A stretch of DNA of 61,953 bases, the filler included, from Globobulimina sp. (taxonomy: Eukaryota): NCBI GenBank assembly GCA_003354225.1. It is 30 parts of 30 records of this genome, joined end to end, with 100 filler letters (N's around TTAATTAATTAA, not from the genome) between each part and the next. Parts side by side here need not be neighbours in the genome. Positions count along the whole stretch, not along the records: positions 12,421 to 14,390 come from PIVH01010116.1; positions 14,491 to 16,460 come from PIVH01010117.1; positions 16,561 to 18,529 come from PIVH01010118.1; positions 18,630 to 20,598 come from PIVH01010119.1; positions 20,699 to 22,667 come from PIVH01010120.1; positions 22,768 to 24,736 come from PIVH01010121.1; 24 more parts are not named here. One strand, 5' to 3'. The translations under genes and the position numbers were made by a program. Numbering within the stretch: position 1 is the first letter of the stretch; every line of letters starts with the position of its first letter. A model generated the notes under the pieces. It searched no databases. It was not told the DNA's origin and saw nothing but the letters and a program-made list of their open reading frames with translations. Positions 12,442-24,836 of this stretch are shown one piece after another.

Positions 12442-14390
12442 ATGCGATCCAGATCTGGATCTTCACAGGTTTCTGCGCCACGGCAAACCGCAAAATCTGG
12501 ATCATTTATCCACGTGCGCTGGTGCGCCCACCAGAGGGCTGCGATATTGCGCGCATTGCATAGTTGCTGTGAAGGTATATTTCAATGGATCGAATCTGAG
12601 AATAAATATGAAAATGATAAGATTGCAGCGCAATTATCCACCAATATATTATCGCAGATATTAGAGCGATTACATAATGAATTACAATTTAGTGCTAGTC
12701 TCCATATCAATGACGATACAATAAATCAACAAATCACTGCCTTACAAGACATAAATAAAAAAAAATTGAAGTTATCCGAGACTAAAAGATGGAAAAATAA
12801 ACGCATCCGGACCTCACATGAATGTATTTTAAAATATTTCGAATTATTGCATAGATTGTCATCATTTAACACCGCGTCAAATCAATTAGAATTTGGTAAT
12901 AATCGGATATATTATTCGTATTTAAATTTATTGTTTATTATATTATGCAATCATCATTATTTACAACATTATCACCATCGAATATACTCATTATGTGTTC
13001 AGAAATTATGCAATTTATTACCAAGTTTAAATTTTGATTCTTTCAATGAGATAATGAATGAAAACAAAAATGAAAATAAATTATTATCCTTTGATACTGG
13101 CGAGGCATTTTTAGAATTTATAATTAAATCAATTGGATGTTATTTATATTTAGAAACACCGTCCATACCAAACTGGACCAGTTTACACAAAACCTCCTCC
13201 GTTCTAAGCGAAAGCGAAAAAATATCGGGATACGGCACAGCTGACAACAAACACGGAACATACAGCTTAATTTTAAAAATTCCAACGGAGATTAATGCAA
13301 ATAGTTTTATTAAATATTTAGTTCCAAAATATTTAAATCAAGAATTTATTGACATGGTTAACAAATTTACGCAGGTTCCCTCCAAACAAAATAAATCAGA
13401 CTCTCAAAATGAAGATAAACATCGCTTGTCAGATATGGAAGTGGATGTATTTGTACATGAGGATGAAGACTCCAATGAGAATGATGACGAATCCAACTCC
13501 GATAACTTCGAAGAAGAGTACGATGTGGACGAAGATGAAGTGGATGAGGATGAGGACGAGGATGAATATGAAGAGGAGGAGCAAGAGGAAGAGGATGGGC
13601 ATGCACATGAACATGAACACGAGGCTCGAGCATTTGATGCAATTTTAGCGTTCGAAGAGTTTATGTCGTCGGCGGTGGCCGCCTCCAAAATCAAAGCAAA
13701 TATTTTAGGCATTAAATCAATGTTTGATGCGCAGCACAGTACAGACGATGATGAAACTAAAATATGGTTGAAAAAAGTGAATGATTCCTTGAATGATGAG
13801 CAGAGCGCCATTTTGTACACTGGCAAACTGAAACATTGCTATTCATTGGCCTGCGTCTTAGCGAATAACGGCGCCATTGTTTACATTGAGAAATCAAGAA
13901 ATATTGCAGATAGAAATGATAATTTAATTGAAATCAATGAGAATGACCAGCAAAATAATATTATTCCATTACAAAGCGAGTTGATGTGGAATTATTATTT
14001 TATGAATGGAATTATTAAATCATTGATTGCTTCGCCGACATGGTTTGATGCCATCAACCAGTGTTTTAATAAAATATCCATTGATTTTTTCGAGTTATTT
14101 GAAGAGATTGATATCAAAAAAGAAAGAAATAACAATTCGATCAGTTGGATGAATAATGATTGGTGCAATAATTTAGTGACAGATTTAAATAAAAATATGG
14201 AGAATGGCAAAAAATTAAAGTTATTGTTGGGTGTTTTAGTATGTTTAAATAATAATTATTATGGAGAAAATAGCAACGTTTATAAATATTTAAATCGTAG
14301 TAATAATCATCACCATTTATTTGTGGGTTGCCGAGTGCGTGTAACCCATTTAAATAAATTACAATTTGAAGGCTTAATTACTTTTATTAA
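12442..14390 (+). CDS. Large hypothetical protein with central acidic tract; possible SWIM-like WCAH motif and start of a CAP-Gly/SH3-like domain (partial)
   Basis: About 650 open codons; RWCAHQRAAIL; D/E tract near 13450-13600; LFVGCRVRV...GLITFI at the contig end. Confidence 0.65.
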
Positions 14391-14490
14391 NNNNNNNNNN
14401 NNNNNNNNNNNNNNNNNNNNNNNNNNNNNNNNNNTTAATTAATTAANNNNNNNNNNNNNNNNNNNNNNNNNNNNNNNNNNNNNNNNNNNN

Positions 14491-15208
14491 TTTAAATAAA
14501 CGCAAACCAGATTTTAATTTGAATGTATCGGACATTGAAGGGGCCGCACCTCGCCCCGAAAAATCTAATTTAGGAAATCGTATCGTAAATCCATTAAATC
14601 CGCAATATTCGTGGTCCAAAGTAAAACCGATAGAACATCAAACAGATAGAAAATTTATCCGCGACACATTGAATATATCGGATATTTGGGGCAGTAAACC
14701 ATCGCAATGCATTACCTATTCCTGCAAACAAAGGGATAATATGAATTTTCGTGATATCGATGGTTCATTTTCGGGATGGAACAATAATAAAAGAAATGAG
14801 TCAAAAAAAGATAATCAATTAAATGTTTCTGATATTAACAATGATCTGATTGGTTTGAATAGATTTAAAAAAGGAAACAAATCCAATCGGTGTACAAATC
14901 CATTACAACCAAAATATAAATACAATATGCAATATAATAAGAATTACAGCACAAACAAAGAAAATAGGAAAACCTCATTATTTTCAAATAAATATATTCA
15001 TAAAAATGGAAATGAATTTAATTTACGAACCAATGATATTTTCGGAGCGCAAATAAATTTACAAAAATATAAACGACAGAAAATACGCAATCCACTGCAC
15101 ATTGCAGATATTGAAAAATCGCAAGCAAATTCAAAGAAAAAATTTATTACCAAACGATGTACAAATCCATTAAATCCAAACTATAAATTGTTGCACCAAA
15201 AGAAATAA
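14491..15208 (+). CDS. Repeat protein with alternating (N)xxDIxG(A/S) and RxxNPLxPxY motifs (5'-partial)
   Basis: NVSDIEGA, NISDIWGS, NFRDIDGS, NVSDIN, RTNDIFGA, HIADIEKS; RIVNPLNPQY, RCTNPLQPKY, RCTNPLNPNY. Confidence 0.8.
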
Positions 15209-15332
15209 ATCCCTTCCATCAAATAATAAAAAATATTTATTTGTGATTGGTTGATAATGTACTAATAATAGATACCATTTTTAATTTTTTCATGTTGAAA
15301 AAATAAACATTTACACTAACACTGCAGACACA

Positions 15333-15427
15333 ACTATTGAGCTAATTTACTGTACGCGTGGTTAGCGATCAACTCCAAAAGTTAAAGTCCGCGATCCGAT
15401 CACTACAATGAAAATTAGCTCAATAGT
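15333..15427. repeat. 95-bp element with perfect 16-bp inverted ends (MITE-like or hairpin RNA)
   Basis: ACTATTGAGCTAATTT (15333-15348) pairs with AAATTAGCTCAATAGT (15412-15427); CA flanks both sides. Confidence 0.85.
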
Positions 15428-15668
15428 CACTCAGTGCCTTAATTGTACCGTTTTGGGCTGCTGCATTGTTGGGAATAAGATTATTTGGTGCACTCATTGG
15501 TTCCAATTTTGCAACTGGCAAGATATTATTTGATGTTAACATATGAGCGACATTCCAATAGTTATACAATTAAAAAAGTGTTGATTAACTCACGGGAAGA
15601 AAACAATTATTAGTTTACTTTAATGGCTGTACTAATAACTTTGGCGTGTAAAAGCTTATATATATTTG

Positions 15669-16460
15669 TTATAAAGCTTTAGACGTCGACCTTAATGAAC
15701 GCTTGTCTTTGGTATCAACATCAATGCCAATTTGCTTTGTCCAATTTTTTTGTTTAAAATCTACTTTACGCGAATAACAATAATGATTACTATTTGCATC
15801 AATATCTGGTCGCCAATCCCTTAGACGCACGTCATTTATCCACAAAACATGATCAAAATTGAAATAAATATTATTCACCAATTTTTCATCACAAATCAAA
15901 TGGATGAAATAATGTAATTTACCAATTCCATAAAACGCTCTCAATCCTTTAGCTTTTGGTGTTGCATAATCTTTGTTAAAATATACAAATTTTTGAATGG
16001 AAGCTACGCAAACTAATATTACCAACACTGAATCAAAATCATTGCCATCAACAATATTGTCAACACCAGCAAGAACATGAATTAATTCACTATGTATTTC
16101 ATAATAACGCTCTGCATGAATTGTGGTCATATCATATTTATATTTATATTCAGATTTAGATCCTTCATTATCTTTGGCATCATGCTCATAGTTTTGTTGT
16201 GCGTTTAATAAAACAACCAATGGCTTTTTTAATTGATATTTGTCTTTTCCTTTGTCAACAATGTCATCGATCTCCTTTCTGTCAATTTGTATAAGCTAAG
16301 CATATTTCGTCATTTATGTGTTTCTCATATCAAATAACTATTTCACACAAATCCCACACCTCTAAATCCTCTACTTTTTGATGATAGTCTGGTGATGGTA
16401 CATCTTCCTATTCCTCTTCTTGCTTTTGTGACTGTGCAGAAACACCAAACAACTGTCCCA
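15669..16460 (-). pseudogene. Two-exon gene with an in-frame TAG; weak caspase-like-fold resemblance
   Basis: (M)GQLFGVSAQSQKQEE*EDVP... with TAG at 16408-16410; phase-0 GT-AG intron 16359-16296 joins to LIQIDRK...PLVVLLN...FDSVLVILVC. Confidence 0.5.
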
Positions 16461-16562
16461 NNNNNNNNNNNNNNNNNNNNNNNNNNNNNNNNNNNNNNNN
16501 NNNNTTAATTAATTAANNNNNNNNNNNNNNNNNNNNNNNNNNNNNNNNNNNNNNNNNNNNCT

Positions 16563-18316
16563 TCAAGACATCGCTCTCGGCGTTCACGCCGATACAGATC
16601 ATCATCATCAAGAAGACGTAGAGATCGACGATATAGTCGAAGCACAAGCAGCTCTCAAAGTAGATCTCGATCCAGATCCAGATCCAGAAGCAACCGCAGA
16701 AGAAGAAGAAGAAGAAGAAAATATTCAACATCAACAAGTCGCAGTCCATCGGATAATTCAAGACATGAATCTAATAATTATAACAAAGACAAACAGTACA
16801 AATCATCAGTCAACAACAATAATAATAATAATAATAACTCCGAGTCAAAAGAAGATGTCATCAAAACTGAAATTAATAAGCCAACAACACGGGGCAAACC
16901 ATGGGAAGATTGGGAGGAGGCACTTATTACTTGCCACACAAATCAAATAATAAATGATAGAAATGAATGCAAAACCATATTCAAAGAAGAAAATTGGAAA
17001 AATATCGCATTAAAATTAGAATGCGAAACTCGAACAAAAATAAACTGTACGGATTTGATTGGAAGAAGTTGGCAGGCCGTGCAATCTCGGTATTATGCGC
17101 TGAGAAAAAGAAAAAGAAACGGAAAGGAAACTGTTAAAAATGAGGCAAATGATGAAAATAATAATTGCGAGCTTAAGATGGAATTTGTGGAAAAAGTATG
17201 TTACTGTATCTATATTTGAGTTTGCATTGTACCCAAAATATTAAAATGAGTTAATTATAATATAATATATAAATGCGACGTGTATTTGTTTGTACATTGT
17301 GCTACAAACTATCAGTTTTTTGTACAAATATATTATAATAACCTGCTGTAAATTAATACTTTCAATTTGTAATTTGTTGGTTATTTTCTGTACAATGTCT
17401 TTCGCTGCAAAAAAATGATAAATGTTTAACTTTATATAATTAGCCAATAAAAAGCGAACATACTAAGAATAAGAAGCGCAATAAAGGCAATAAAGTAAAA
17501 TACGAAGAAAAAAATATCGATAACGAAGATGAGATGATAGCTATTTGTAAATTATTAGGTATTGCCAGTTTGAAAACAGGTATCCAAATTTATGGACATT
17601 ATTCACATTTAGCTATTTATAAGAAAGTGTTGGATTTAGTTGCGACGGATGATGAAAATGAGAGAAGTTTTAAACTGAATAATTTGACCAGTTGTCAATT
17701 ACGAGATATTGTGAGTAAAACAAAGAGTAAGTGCAAAATTGGCAGATCATTGGAAATGAGGGATGCCATTCAACAGAAAATAAAGGAATTCAGGGGAAAT
17801 TATCTCAAAAATAGTAAAACAAAGAATTTAAATCATGTAACGGAGAATGATAATGATAATAACAGCAGCAATGAAGTAAATGAACCGGCACAGAAAGAAA
17901 ATGACGATGGTGATAGCAGTGGCAGCAGCAGCGAGGGTGAGAATGGCAGTGACAGTGACAGTGAGAGTGGCAGCGAGAGTGACAGTGAGAGTGAGAGTGG
18001 AAGTGATAGTGAGAGTAGCATTGACACTGTGAGTCAGAGTCAGAGTCAGAGTGCGGGTGAGAGTGAGATATATGTCCAGCATAAGAAAGAAGAGAGGAAA
18101 TTATTGTTGGAATCATTGCACGATTCATTGAAAAGAGAATATGAAAAAGGTGTGAGGTTATTGTGTAATATGCGGATATCGGATAATGAAGATCTTCAAA
18201 TGCGTTATACTAATTTATTGAAAAAACATACGCCAGTTCTTAAAGAAATTAATATCGAAATGTTTAACCATCAAAATATCGATATGCGAGAGGGAATAAA
18301 TAATATAAAATTATAA
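16563..18316 (+). CDS. RS-rich, Myb/SANT-like domain protein with Ser/Asp/Glu tract (5'-partial); exons 16563-17195 and 17468-18316
   Basis: Manual translation: SRHRSRRSRR...SRSRSRSRS, then RGKPWEDWEEALI...WKNIALKL...GRSWQAVQSRYYAL; phase-0 intron GTATGT...TAAG joins to the 17534 ORF frame. Confidence 0.75.
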
Positions 18317-18927
18317 TGTGTGTACCATTCGTGTATCATTTGTGTATTTCCTGTTTGGTATACCCAAATTTTCACGGATTTGTTTCGTACATTGGTTTAT
18401 AATTTGTCGTAATTTGTAGCAGTTAATAATAAATTAAATTATAAATCTGAATGTCTTTGCCTTTTTTTTTCTTTACCACTTTAACAGCATTTTTTCCATA
18501 AATAACCCATTAGGGATACGCATCTCACCNNNNNNNNNNNNNNNNNNNNNNNNNNNNNNNNNNNNNNNNNNNNTTAATTAATTAANNNNNNNNNNNNNNN
18601 NNNNNNNNNNNNNNNNNNNNNNNNNNNNNAGATTTGTTTCATTGTTTTTTTTTTTTTTGAAGTAGTCGCTTGAGTCTTGACTGAATGGGAAATTCCATCA
18701 AAGTAAACGAGAATTTGTTAGAATGGGGAGCCAACAAAGCGAAGTTCATCACCATCCATGAACACTTTGGCAAAGTGAATGCAGTGTGGTGCGGCAAGAT
18801 GGACAAATCAAAGAACAAAAATGTTGCAATTGAGTGATGACGCACTATTCACGGCGTTTTGGGTTCAAATCCCAATCATCACATTTTGTTTTTTTATTAT
18901 TTTTATTATTTTTATCGGACAATTTAG

Positions 18928-20415
18928 CACGCATTGATTTATATATATTGGACACAGGCATCTTATCCACACATGAGATATTTTCACATAATGATAATAG
19001 GAATTTAGAACATATGCATGGCATAACCACACAGCCATACCCTCCCACTCATTACCATGGCACTTATGTGGCGGGCATTGCAGGCGGAAATGTGTACGGT
19101 ACATCTCGGAACCTAACCATTTATGATTATGCTGTTTGTGAGGTATATACTTTATGAGAACGTATGATTTTCTTTGTACACAACAATAAAACACAGGGTT
19201 CTTCGTGTTCGTATTCGAAGGTATTGGCAGGTATTGAAGCAGTGAAAAATAATATGCTGAGCAGTGGACGGCGCGGTGTGATTAATTTATCATTTGGTGG
19301 ACCGATATCAGCCAATAATGATGTTGCCAGAGAGAAATGGGATTTTATTATGAGGGGTATTATCGATGCGGGTGGAATACCGGTGTGCTCCGGTGCGTAT
19401 TGTTTGTATTTTACACTTTTAATTTGTTTTTACTTTGTACTGTGTTGTTACATATATATATTTAGCTGGTAATACACAATTAGATGGTTGTGATTATGTG
19501 CCGGGACAAAGTAAATATTGCATCTCAGTGGGTGCATTTGATGAATTTGGTGATTTATATTCGCGTACAAATTATGGTGAATGTGTCAATATATTCGCAC
19601 CAGGAGTGTCTGTACGCTCTGCTGGTATTGCTACGACGTCTGAATATGTCACACGTTCAGGCACATCAGCCGCTGCTCCACATATTACTGGATTGATAGG
19701 TAATTTATTGTGGATAAATCCAACCTTGACATTTGAGCATATTTTATATATTCTCCATGCAAATAAACAATTTTTAGTGTCTTGTCCGAATTATTATACA
19801 CAACAAACACAATGTCCGTATATATCTTTGCCATGTAATCAATTCGAAACTGCTATTAATGACGCACTCATTCATGTAAATGCATCGCAACCCACACCTA
19901 CACCAACAAAATCGCCTGATGGCGGGGATGGGGATACAGGAAATATTTTGAGTGGTTCACCAACCATATATCCAACAATAAATCCTTCGTCAAAACCAAC
20001 CAATGCACCAACAAAAATCCCAACACCATCACCGAGTGATACACCCAGCACTACGCCAACAAAACTACCAACAAAAAATCCAACAACAACACCAACTGCA
20101 TCGCCAAGTAAATCACCCACATCTTTACCGACGAGTTGGTCTCTTCCAACTTTGTTACCAACGATAGCACCGACTATGAGTCCGTCAAATGCACCAACAA
20201 ATGTTCCGACAGATATACCAACTGCAAGACATGAAGGACTTGGATTGGGTGGATTTAATAATGGATTCACTGTTGATATCAATACAGATTCAGATAATTC
20301 TTCTCGTTTTGAATATGATGATGATAAGCATGATGCTGCATGTTGTTCGTTACAGATCTCGTTTGAAATGCTATTAATTTTATGTTTTTCTCTTGTGTTG
20401 TCATTTTATATTTAA
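18928..20415 (+). CDS. Subtilisin-like S8 (proteinase K-type) protease with Pro/Thr stalk and C-terminal hydrophobic anchor; introns 19143-19196 and about 19393-19464; N-terminus not found
   Basis: Catalytic motifs YILDTGI, HGTYVAGIAGG, VINLSFGG, SAGN (across an intron), SGTSAAAPHITG; PT repeats. Confidence 0.92.
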
Positions 20416-20698
20416 ATATATATACTTTTTTGTTTATTGTTATGTTAGTTAATGCAATCTCGTTATACATTCTTTTTTCATAAAACGTTTTTGAGAATTA
20501 CGATCTGATTTGATTGTGTTATTCCGATACTGATCCTTTGTTTTAAAACTGCCTAAATGGTAAGAAATCAGAAACTCCAGTATCTTCGCGTAACCAAGNN
20601 NNNNNNNNNNNNNNNNNNNNNNNNNNNNNNNNNNNNNNNNNNTTAATTAATTAANNNNNNNNNNNNNNNNNNNNNNNNNNNNNNNNNNNNNNNNNNNN

Positions 20699-21934
20699 CT
20701 GTTTAGAACTGCTGCGTCGACTTCGGAGCGGTGCAGGTTTGCATGTGGATGGACCATGGAAGAACGGAACACATTTTCGTTGTTTGAGGAGAGTTTTTGT
20801 AGGATTTGCTGCCGTTCATCGACCAATGCATCGTTATGACTCAGTTGTTGTTGACTGTGCAAAGTGGGATAAAAGTGTTGATATAGGGAATAAATGTAGT
20901 TTTTACCTCGCGTCGAAGTCAGAATTCCATATTAACTGTGATCTGGCGCTTGGATCATAAGATTTGCATAACGATAATAATAAATTTCGCTCGTCGTTTA
21001 ATTTTTTGTTTAGGTCTTTTAAGGAATGGATTGAGTTTAACTGTGATTGGAAGCGTTGTAATTGTCTGATATTTGGAATGTAGTGAGTTAATAGTTTCTG
21101 TTTCCATCGCTGATATCCGCTCAAATTTTTCCTCCCACCGAGCATAGTCACCATCCATTCTCTCTCTTCGGTTAAGGACTCGGTCAGTTTTGTAATTGAG
21201 TTCAAATCTAAATGAGCGGAGCTATTATTTGTGTTTGTGGCGTGACTCTGACTCACATTGCTCATATTATTGTTGTTGTTGTTGTTGTTGTTTGACTTTG
21301 TTGTGGCATCAATCATTGCTATGTCTATTTGATCGAACAAGGAATCATCCAAATCATCAAATAAATCCTCTTCCAAACCATTGTCATTATTGTTGTTATT
21401 TTGATATGAATCTATACGCCGTCGTTTATTTGGTTGTTGTTGTTGTTGACCATCATTTGAATTGAAATCATATTTTCTTTTTCCTGTAAAACTTGAATTG
21501 TTATTATTATCGTTCATATTTCGTTGATTATGGCCGTAATCGTTGTTATTTCTATTCTGGTTCGTATTGAATGAGAAGGAATTATTATGAATGGCTGTCG
21601 GTGAAGGACCTGGATTGAAATTATTATTCTTATTTTTATTATTGTTATTTGAGATTGTGATGGTTGAATATTGTTCTTTTTTAACACCAAATTCTCTTTC
21701 TGGTTTTTTTGTGATTTGCAGAGTTTTACCAATATTTTGTTGAGAACTATTCCCCCAATTTTTATTTATTAATTTATTCCATTCTTTGTGAGGATTTGGA
21801 CAGAATTCATTGGTTTGTTGTTGTGAGGCAAATGTGAAAGGAATATTTCTTTTTCTTTCACATTTTTCCAATTGTTTTGGAACTTTGTTAAACCATTCCA
21901 AGTGTTGACGTAAATTGTTTCTTCGAACTGACAT
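20699..21934 (-). CDS. Probable RecQ helicase of the BLM/Sgs1/Rqh1 group, N-terminal disordered region only (3'-partial; intron about 20906-20857)
   Basis: MSVRRNNLRQHLEWF resembles the N-terminal motif of Sgs1/Rqh1/BLM; Asn-rich and acidic EEDLFDDLDDSLFD segments; helicase core not in the contig. Confidence 0.5.
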
Positions 21935-22014
21935 TGCGATCAAGGCAAAGCAGCATGGCAAGTGGCAACAAATCAAAAACCCACTTCACTCACTACTACT
22001 ATCACGCATATTAA

Positions 22015-22443
22015 ATGGCAATTGATGAAACCTGCAGCACCCAATCAGCATTACCACAAACATTGATAATCAGTCTATTGGTAATATATTGGTCCTGTGT
22101 TTTGATTGCATCCATACGATCTTTTATTGAATTAAAATTTGGTGATGACGACTTCCAAACACTCGGTTGTTTTGGCAAAATCAAAACATGGATAAAGGAT
22201 ACCTGGCGTAGGAAAAAGTGCTATCTAGAAATATTTCCACATATAACAGATACTGGTATGCTATTAACATAAATAATTTATATCTATTTATTATCGAAAT
22301 GTAAACAACTAAACATAGCAACTGATGTTGGAGTATTAATCGAATTTTACCAAATCGCATCCAAACAGCAGCAACATGGCCGCTCCGCAATCTGTTCAGC
22401 ATTAAATATGACAGCAATATTCTGGAATTCTCTGAGAATGATT
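22015..22443 (+). CDS. Membrane protein 5' part (intron about 22256-22318), apparently truncated or chimeric
   Basis: TM helix LIISLLVIYWSCVLIASI; GTATG...CATAG intron; frame ends soon after a composition shift near 22425. Confidence 0.45.
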
Positions 22444-23025
22444 TAGATCGATTTGACAATGGTATACTCCCAGCTCATACCGATTTATCTACATTCGACG
22501 ATCTAGCGCAAAACATCGCCACCGGGCGTGAGTTCGGTTTCCATTGTTGGCAATACGACCTCAACGATCATGCGGCCTTTGAGAAGTGGCTGGCATCCCA
22601 TCAGCTCTGAAATTCAATGAATCATTCCATGTCATCGCTCACCATCGCCGGTCGTGACAGAACCGACNNNNNNNNNNNNNNNNNNNNNNNNNNNNNNNNN
22701 NNNNNNNNNNNTTAATTAATTAANNNNNNNNNNNNNNNNNNNNNNNNNNNNNNNNNNNNNNNNNNNNAAGTTTTTTTTTCTTCAATTATCAAAGCGTTCA
22801 TTGAAGAAATGAACTAAAAGCAAAAACCCTATTGCTCAGTGCACTCAAGCTGAAGGATGCTATTAAAAAGATATAACCTCCGCCCCTCAAGTATAACATT
22901 ATCACCCTTCATGTTTGTGATCCGTTTGTTGGAAACGCAAGAAAACAATTTGGTATACAGTAGGGTGGCCCGGTGGGGTTAGTTATCGTTGGGATTTCAA
23001 AAATAGAAAACGTTTCAATAATAGC

Positions 23026-24432
23026 ATGTTTTCCATGGTTACTTTGTATTTGAGTGTATCAGTAGTCTTTTGTTTGTCATTAAGTGCTGATTGTCCAATC
23101 ACTAGTACTAACCATGGAATTTGCAATATGTCGTCAGGAATATGTTATAGTGACAGTTTGGCAGACATCTCATGCCTAATGATAAATAGTTATAATTCGA
23201 ATGACAGTCGTATTGTTATGATAGCGCAGAAGCGATATGACAAAAACGCACCATTAGTATTGGAGTATACGTATGCAACGAATATGGTTGCTTCATATGG
23301 CACAGCTGGTATTGTTTGGAATATTGATACTGAATGTTTCCACTATTATTATATTGGTATATCATATACGGATAATTCTGTATTTCTTGCTCAACTGAAA
23401 AATGATAATATGTATATACTTCATAACGCATCGTTACCTTTTATGTCCTCACTTGGAACATTTTACAGATTACAATGTGTAATTAGTAATTTCAATATGT
23501 TTACAATATCTGTTAATGGTCAAATATTATTATGGAATGTTTCAGGTTCAACAGGACAAGAATTTGGTGCATTCAATACAAGATTTGGTTATGTCGGTAT
23601 TGCAAATACAGATTCATCCATAATTGTACAATCATTATTCGTTTCTGGCTTGTCTATAATCACAACAATATGTGAACCAATATCGGCCACTAACACTACA
23701 ACTCTCTCATCCACATATTTAGAAACAAAAAATGTGAATCCAACATGGAATATATGTACAGACAAAACTGAGTGCGCATACATTGCCAACATTACTTTCC
23801 AACTTAAATGGTCTGCTGTTTATGGTTATGGATTAGGAGAATATTTATCAACAGCAAGTGTTTTAGCTGATATTATAACAGATATTATTCAAAATAAATT
23901 GAAAACGTTTATCTCCGTTTCTAATATGTTTATAACAATGCACATAAATTCATTGACAGATATGGGAGAAAGTGAAGCAAATATAATGGTTGCAACGGAT
24001 GATAGAGATGCTTTTGGTTTGCTATTCAAAGACATTGCAGAATCGGAAAATATGGTAAATAATGTATCAACGTTATTGAGTAATTCATCATTTATTATTA
24101 CTTATATTGAAGGCAAGATAATGTTAATTAAACCAGAAACTATGGATGAGACAAAGGAAAAAGATGGTGATAATATGAATGAATTTATTTTTGTGATCAT
24201 TATTGTTGGAACTTTAGTATTAGGTGGTTTTATATGCAATAAATTCAGATCGGGATCGGGAAAACGCAGAGCATCAGACATAAATAATGAAGCTTGGAGT
24301 CCAAGTTCCAGACTTGCACATTCTGTGAAAAATACACAACATATCACAGTGCACAGTTTCGACGCAGATGATAATGAATTTGAACTGAATCAAATCGAAT
24401 TAGCAATGCAGAACAATTTCCAACATAAATAG
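23026..24432 (+). CDS. Type I membrane protein (468 aa) with beta-rich, lectin/ConA-like ectodomain
   Basis: Signal peptide; beta-strand-rich region (YRLQCVISNFNMFTISVNGQ, GYVGI); TM FIFVIIIVGTLVLGGFI. Confidence 0.8.
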   Translation: MFSMVTLYLSVSVVFCLSLSADCPITSTNHGICNMSSGICYSDSLADISCLMINSYNSNDSRIVMIAQKRYDKNAPLVLEYTYATNMVASYGTAGIVWNIDTECFHYYYIGISYTDNSVFLAQLKNDNMYILHNASLPFMSSLGTFYRLQCVISNFNMFTISVNGQILLWNVSGSTGQEFGAFNTRFGYVGIANTDSSIIVQSLFVSGLSIITTICEPISATNTTTLSSTYLETKNVNPTWNICTDKTECAYIANITFQLKWSAVYGYGLGEYLSTASVLADIITDIIQNKLKTFISVSNMFITMHINSLTDMGESEANIMVATDDRDAFGLLFKDIAESENMVNNVSTLLSNSSFIITYIEGKIMLIKPETMDETKEKDGDNMNEFIFVIIIVGTLVLGGFICNKFRSGSGKRRASDINNEAWSPSSRLAHSVKNTQHITVHSFDADDNEFELNQIELAMQNNFQHK

Positions 24433-24545
24433 TGCTGAATACTTAGCTAAAGCAATATCTTTATAACAAATATATTTTTAAAATACTCTTTGTAATTAAA
24501 CTCAAATCTGACATGGTTTTCCTTTCAAAACTACTGCACTAAACG

Positions 24546-24736
24546 ATGATACTTTCTATTTTCCTCATTGGCTGCGTTGTGGCATTGGTGAGTCTATCTT
24601 CATTCATATTACTTATATATCAACTGTACTGCAACGAATCCAATAGAAACATTCAAAAGCAATGGTACAAAATACCACCGATTTTATCATCAGCATTTTA
24701 TTTATTACGTTGTATTTTCTATCTTATATTTGCATG
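24546..24736 (+). CDS. Multi-pass (7TM-like) membrane protein, N-terminal fragment
   Basis: Two hydrophobic helices before the contig end. Confidence 0.5.
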
Positions 24737-24836
24737 NNNNNNNNNNNNNNNNNNNNNNNNNNNNNNNNNNNNNNNNNNNNTTAATTAATTAANNNNNNNN
24801 NNNNNNNNNNNNNNNNNNNNNNNNNNNNNNNNNNNN

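Noticed and set aside
12446-12461. Perfect 16-bp palindrome GATCCAGATCTGGATC
   Set aside because: Falls in an Arg-Ser codon run, which produces such palindromes; single occurrence
13349-13826. Overlapping alternative-frame and antisense ORFs (also 17805-18128, 19872-20282, 41543-41817, 42319-42867)
   Set aside because: Shadow ORFs caused by low-complexity codon repeats in the real genes
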